From assembly GCA_050175015.1 (NCBI GenBank), contig JBFXJJ010000001.1, positions 32,001 to 96,000 on the forward strand: DNA of 64,000 nucleotides, read 5' to 3'. The notes under the pieces were generated by a model. It saw nothing but the letters and a program-made list of their open reading frames with translations. It searched no databases and was not told the origin of the DNA. A program made the position numbers and the translations under genes. Shown in pieces: positions 62,241-64,000 of this stretch. Each line of letters opens with the position of its first letter. Position 1 is the first letter of the stretch. The stretch comes from Alphaproteobacteria bacterium (GTDB taxonomy: Bacteria > Pseudomonadota > Alphaproteobacteria > JBFXJJ01).

Positions 62241-63067
62241 TCCTTCTTACGAGCAATGCAGTTAATATATGGTGAAAAATAAGAATTGGCTTTGAGCTTT
62301 ATTTTAAACGTTCTCTCAAAAACCCAAGTCAAAATTGAAAAGGCAACCAAACCGTTTAAAAACAATTTTTTTAGCCACCATATGAAAGATTTTTTAACCG
62401 TAGAATTAAGATTCAGCACTAAAAAATTAGAAAACAAAAAATAACTACAATCTATCACCTCTAATCCTGCGTCCTTATGTGCAGTTTCAACTTTATTCTT
62501 ATCTAGAGGAATATGTATATCGTAAACCTTTTTATCAAATATTTTTTGCAAAAAACCAACACATTTAGTCATATTAGGAACATTGGTAAACATAATGCCT
62601 TTTGGTTTTAAAAGCTTGGATAAGGCAACAACGATTTCTTTGGTATCTGCAAAATGCTCAATAAGACCGATAGAAAGCACAACATCAAACTTACCTACCA
62701 AATCATCGGGAATATTAAAAATATCACAACAGTAAACTTTGCCCTTAACCCCATCTCTTTCTAAAATAGCACTAGCCTGTTCACAGCCGACTTTAGAGTA
62801 ATCTATGCCCGAAATATCAAAATTAAAGCTTTTAGCAAAAACAGGTAATATTTGAGATCTTGCGCAGCCAACTTCAACAAAGGCAACGTTTTCTCTGCCT
62901 TCAAACTCGGCAAAACTTTCTTTAAATTTGATAAAAAAACTGTGCTTAACATAGTCTTTTATCGCGAGAGATTCCATATCCCAAGTTTTAGGTAAGTCTT
63001 GGTTCTGCCAAACCCCGCTCCAATATTCATTTCCCGCCTTATCTTCCGTAATATTACTTTCTAACAT
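62237..63067 (-). CDS. Class I SAM-dependent methyltransferase
   Basis: VEVGCARS, GIDYS, FDVVLSIGLIEHF, LLKPKG...VPN. Confidence 0.88.
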   Translation of the reverse strand: MLESNITEDKAGNEYWSGVWQNQDLPKTWDMESLAIKDYVKHSFFIKFKESFAEFEGRENVAFVEVGCARSQILPVFAKSFNFDISGIDYSKVGCEQASAILERDGVKGKVYCCDIFNIPDDLVGKFDVVLSIGLIEHFADTKEIVVALSKLLKPKGIMFTNVPNMTKCVGFLQKIFDKKVYDIHIPLDKNKVETAHKDAGLEVIDCSYFLFSNFLVLNLNSTVKKSFIWWLKKLFLNGLVAFSILTWVFERTFKIKLKANSYFSPYINCIARKKD

Positions 63068-64000
63068 TTAGGCTCCAATCTAGCAGTTTTTTCAAATTTT
63101 TGTTAAAATCGTAATCTCGCCAATAACGATTAAATCCGTTTTTGGCTATTTCTATTCTTTCGTTATCGTGCTGTAAATAATACTCAATTTTTTCAATCGC
63201 ATCAGGAATATTATCATAATATACTGCCTCTTTTCCTGATTCAAAAATTTCATTATGCGCATCAGCCGCCGCCTTATCGCACATAAGCATCATTCCGTGG
63301 GCAGGAACTTCATACATTCTAGCATTTCCTGTCTCATTTTTAGCGTCAGATAAATGCATATTTATTCCTATTTTACAATGACGATAAAGGTAATCTCTTT
63401 CAGCCCCTGTTAAACTTGTAACCCTATGTGGAAAAACAGGTTTGCCTAAAAGCCCTCTTAAAATGGCGCCATAACCTTTTAGTTTCCAGCGACCGTGAAC
63501 CTTAAGTCTATCTTTAAAATGCTTTTTTAACTCAACAAGGCGGTCAACTTTTGGCGAATATTGATTGCCGACATAAGATAAAGCTATTTCTCTGTCTTTA
63601 AAAAAATCTTCATCAACAATATCTGGTTTAGAAAATTTTTGAAAAACCAAAGGCCAAAAACAGTGTTTTTCAATACCCCAGCGGGAAATAGCATCTTTAT
63701 AACTTATATTATCCATATAACCAGGAGAAATATAAAAAGCGCCGTCAAATGCCCAGAAATAGGGAATCCCTCTTGTATAGGTAGAGTAAGGATCGTCAAT
63801 TAGCCCTAAAATCTTTATCGGTTTTTTTAGTTCTTTGTATATAATTTCGGGGTGAATAATATTGTAATAATACATTATTATCAGGTCAAAATCCTTGAAT
63901 TTTTCTACAAAATCATACGCCATTTTCATATATGACGGATTTTTGCTCCGATATAACTCATCTATTCCTTGAACCGTTGTTAACTTTTTTACGCTGTCAA
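63054..64000 (-). CDS. Glycosyltransferase (CgeB / Glyco_trans_1_2-like), 5' end beyond the window
   Basis: KIGINMH...NARMYEVPAHG.....D....FE.GKE.VYY....IA.NG; the frame stays open to position 64000. Confidence 0.85.
   Translation of the reverse strand, partial: DSVKKLTTVQGIDELYRSKNPSYMKMAYDFVEKFKDFDLIIMYYYNIIHPEIIYKELKKPIKILGLIDDPYSTYTRGIPYFWAFDGAFYISPGYMDNISYKDAISRWGIEKHCFWPLVFQKFSKPDIVDEDFFKDREIALSYVGNQYSPKVDRLVELKKHFKDRLKVHGRWKLKGYGAILRGLLGKPVFPHRVTSLTGAERDYLYRHCKIGINMHLSDAKNETGNARMYEVPAHGMMLMCDKAAADAHNEIFESGKEAVYYDNIPDAIEKIEYYLQHDNERIEIAKNGFNRYWRDYDFNKNLKKLLDWSLNVRK

Overview
Chromosomal window from an AT-rich alphaproteobacterium. The Rhodospirillales-like assignment is inferred from the rpsT-ech-mutM-ubiB-dut and dnaA-dnaN-recF-gyrB gene order, an Irr regulator, and glnE next to a YhdP/AsmA-like gene. 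Most of the window is housekeeping: the end of a bat (VWA/TPR/BatD) operon, ald, glnE, tRNA-Gly(CCC), gyrB-recF-dnaN-dnaA, rpsT, mutM, dut, irr, an EF-G paralogue, aspartate aminotransferase, uvrB, a Ca2+/Na+ antiporter, glgX, metF-metH, an RNA methyltransferase and the edge of a surface-glycan modification cluster. The outstanding feature is a ~10.1-kb gene (15434-25516, minus strand) for a ~3360-aa secreted protein with about 10% Cys. It has seven ~430-aa tandem repeats, each made of two homologous half-modules. The Cys scaffold is fixed, the aromatic/His-rich loops are hypervariable and assort as a mosaic between repeats, every repeat has one CxxCH motif, and no outer-membrane anchor is recognisable. 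Other oddities: a family of degenerate dispersed intergenic repeats, an eroded ubiB sharing a CATG start with mutM, an orphan GlgX with a basic C-terminal tail, and an autonomous Pro-rich small gene. All assignments come from motif recognition by eye; no database searches were run.
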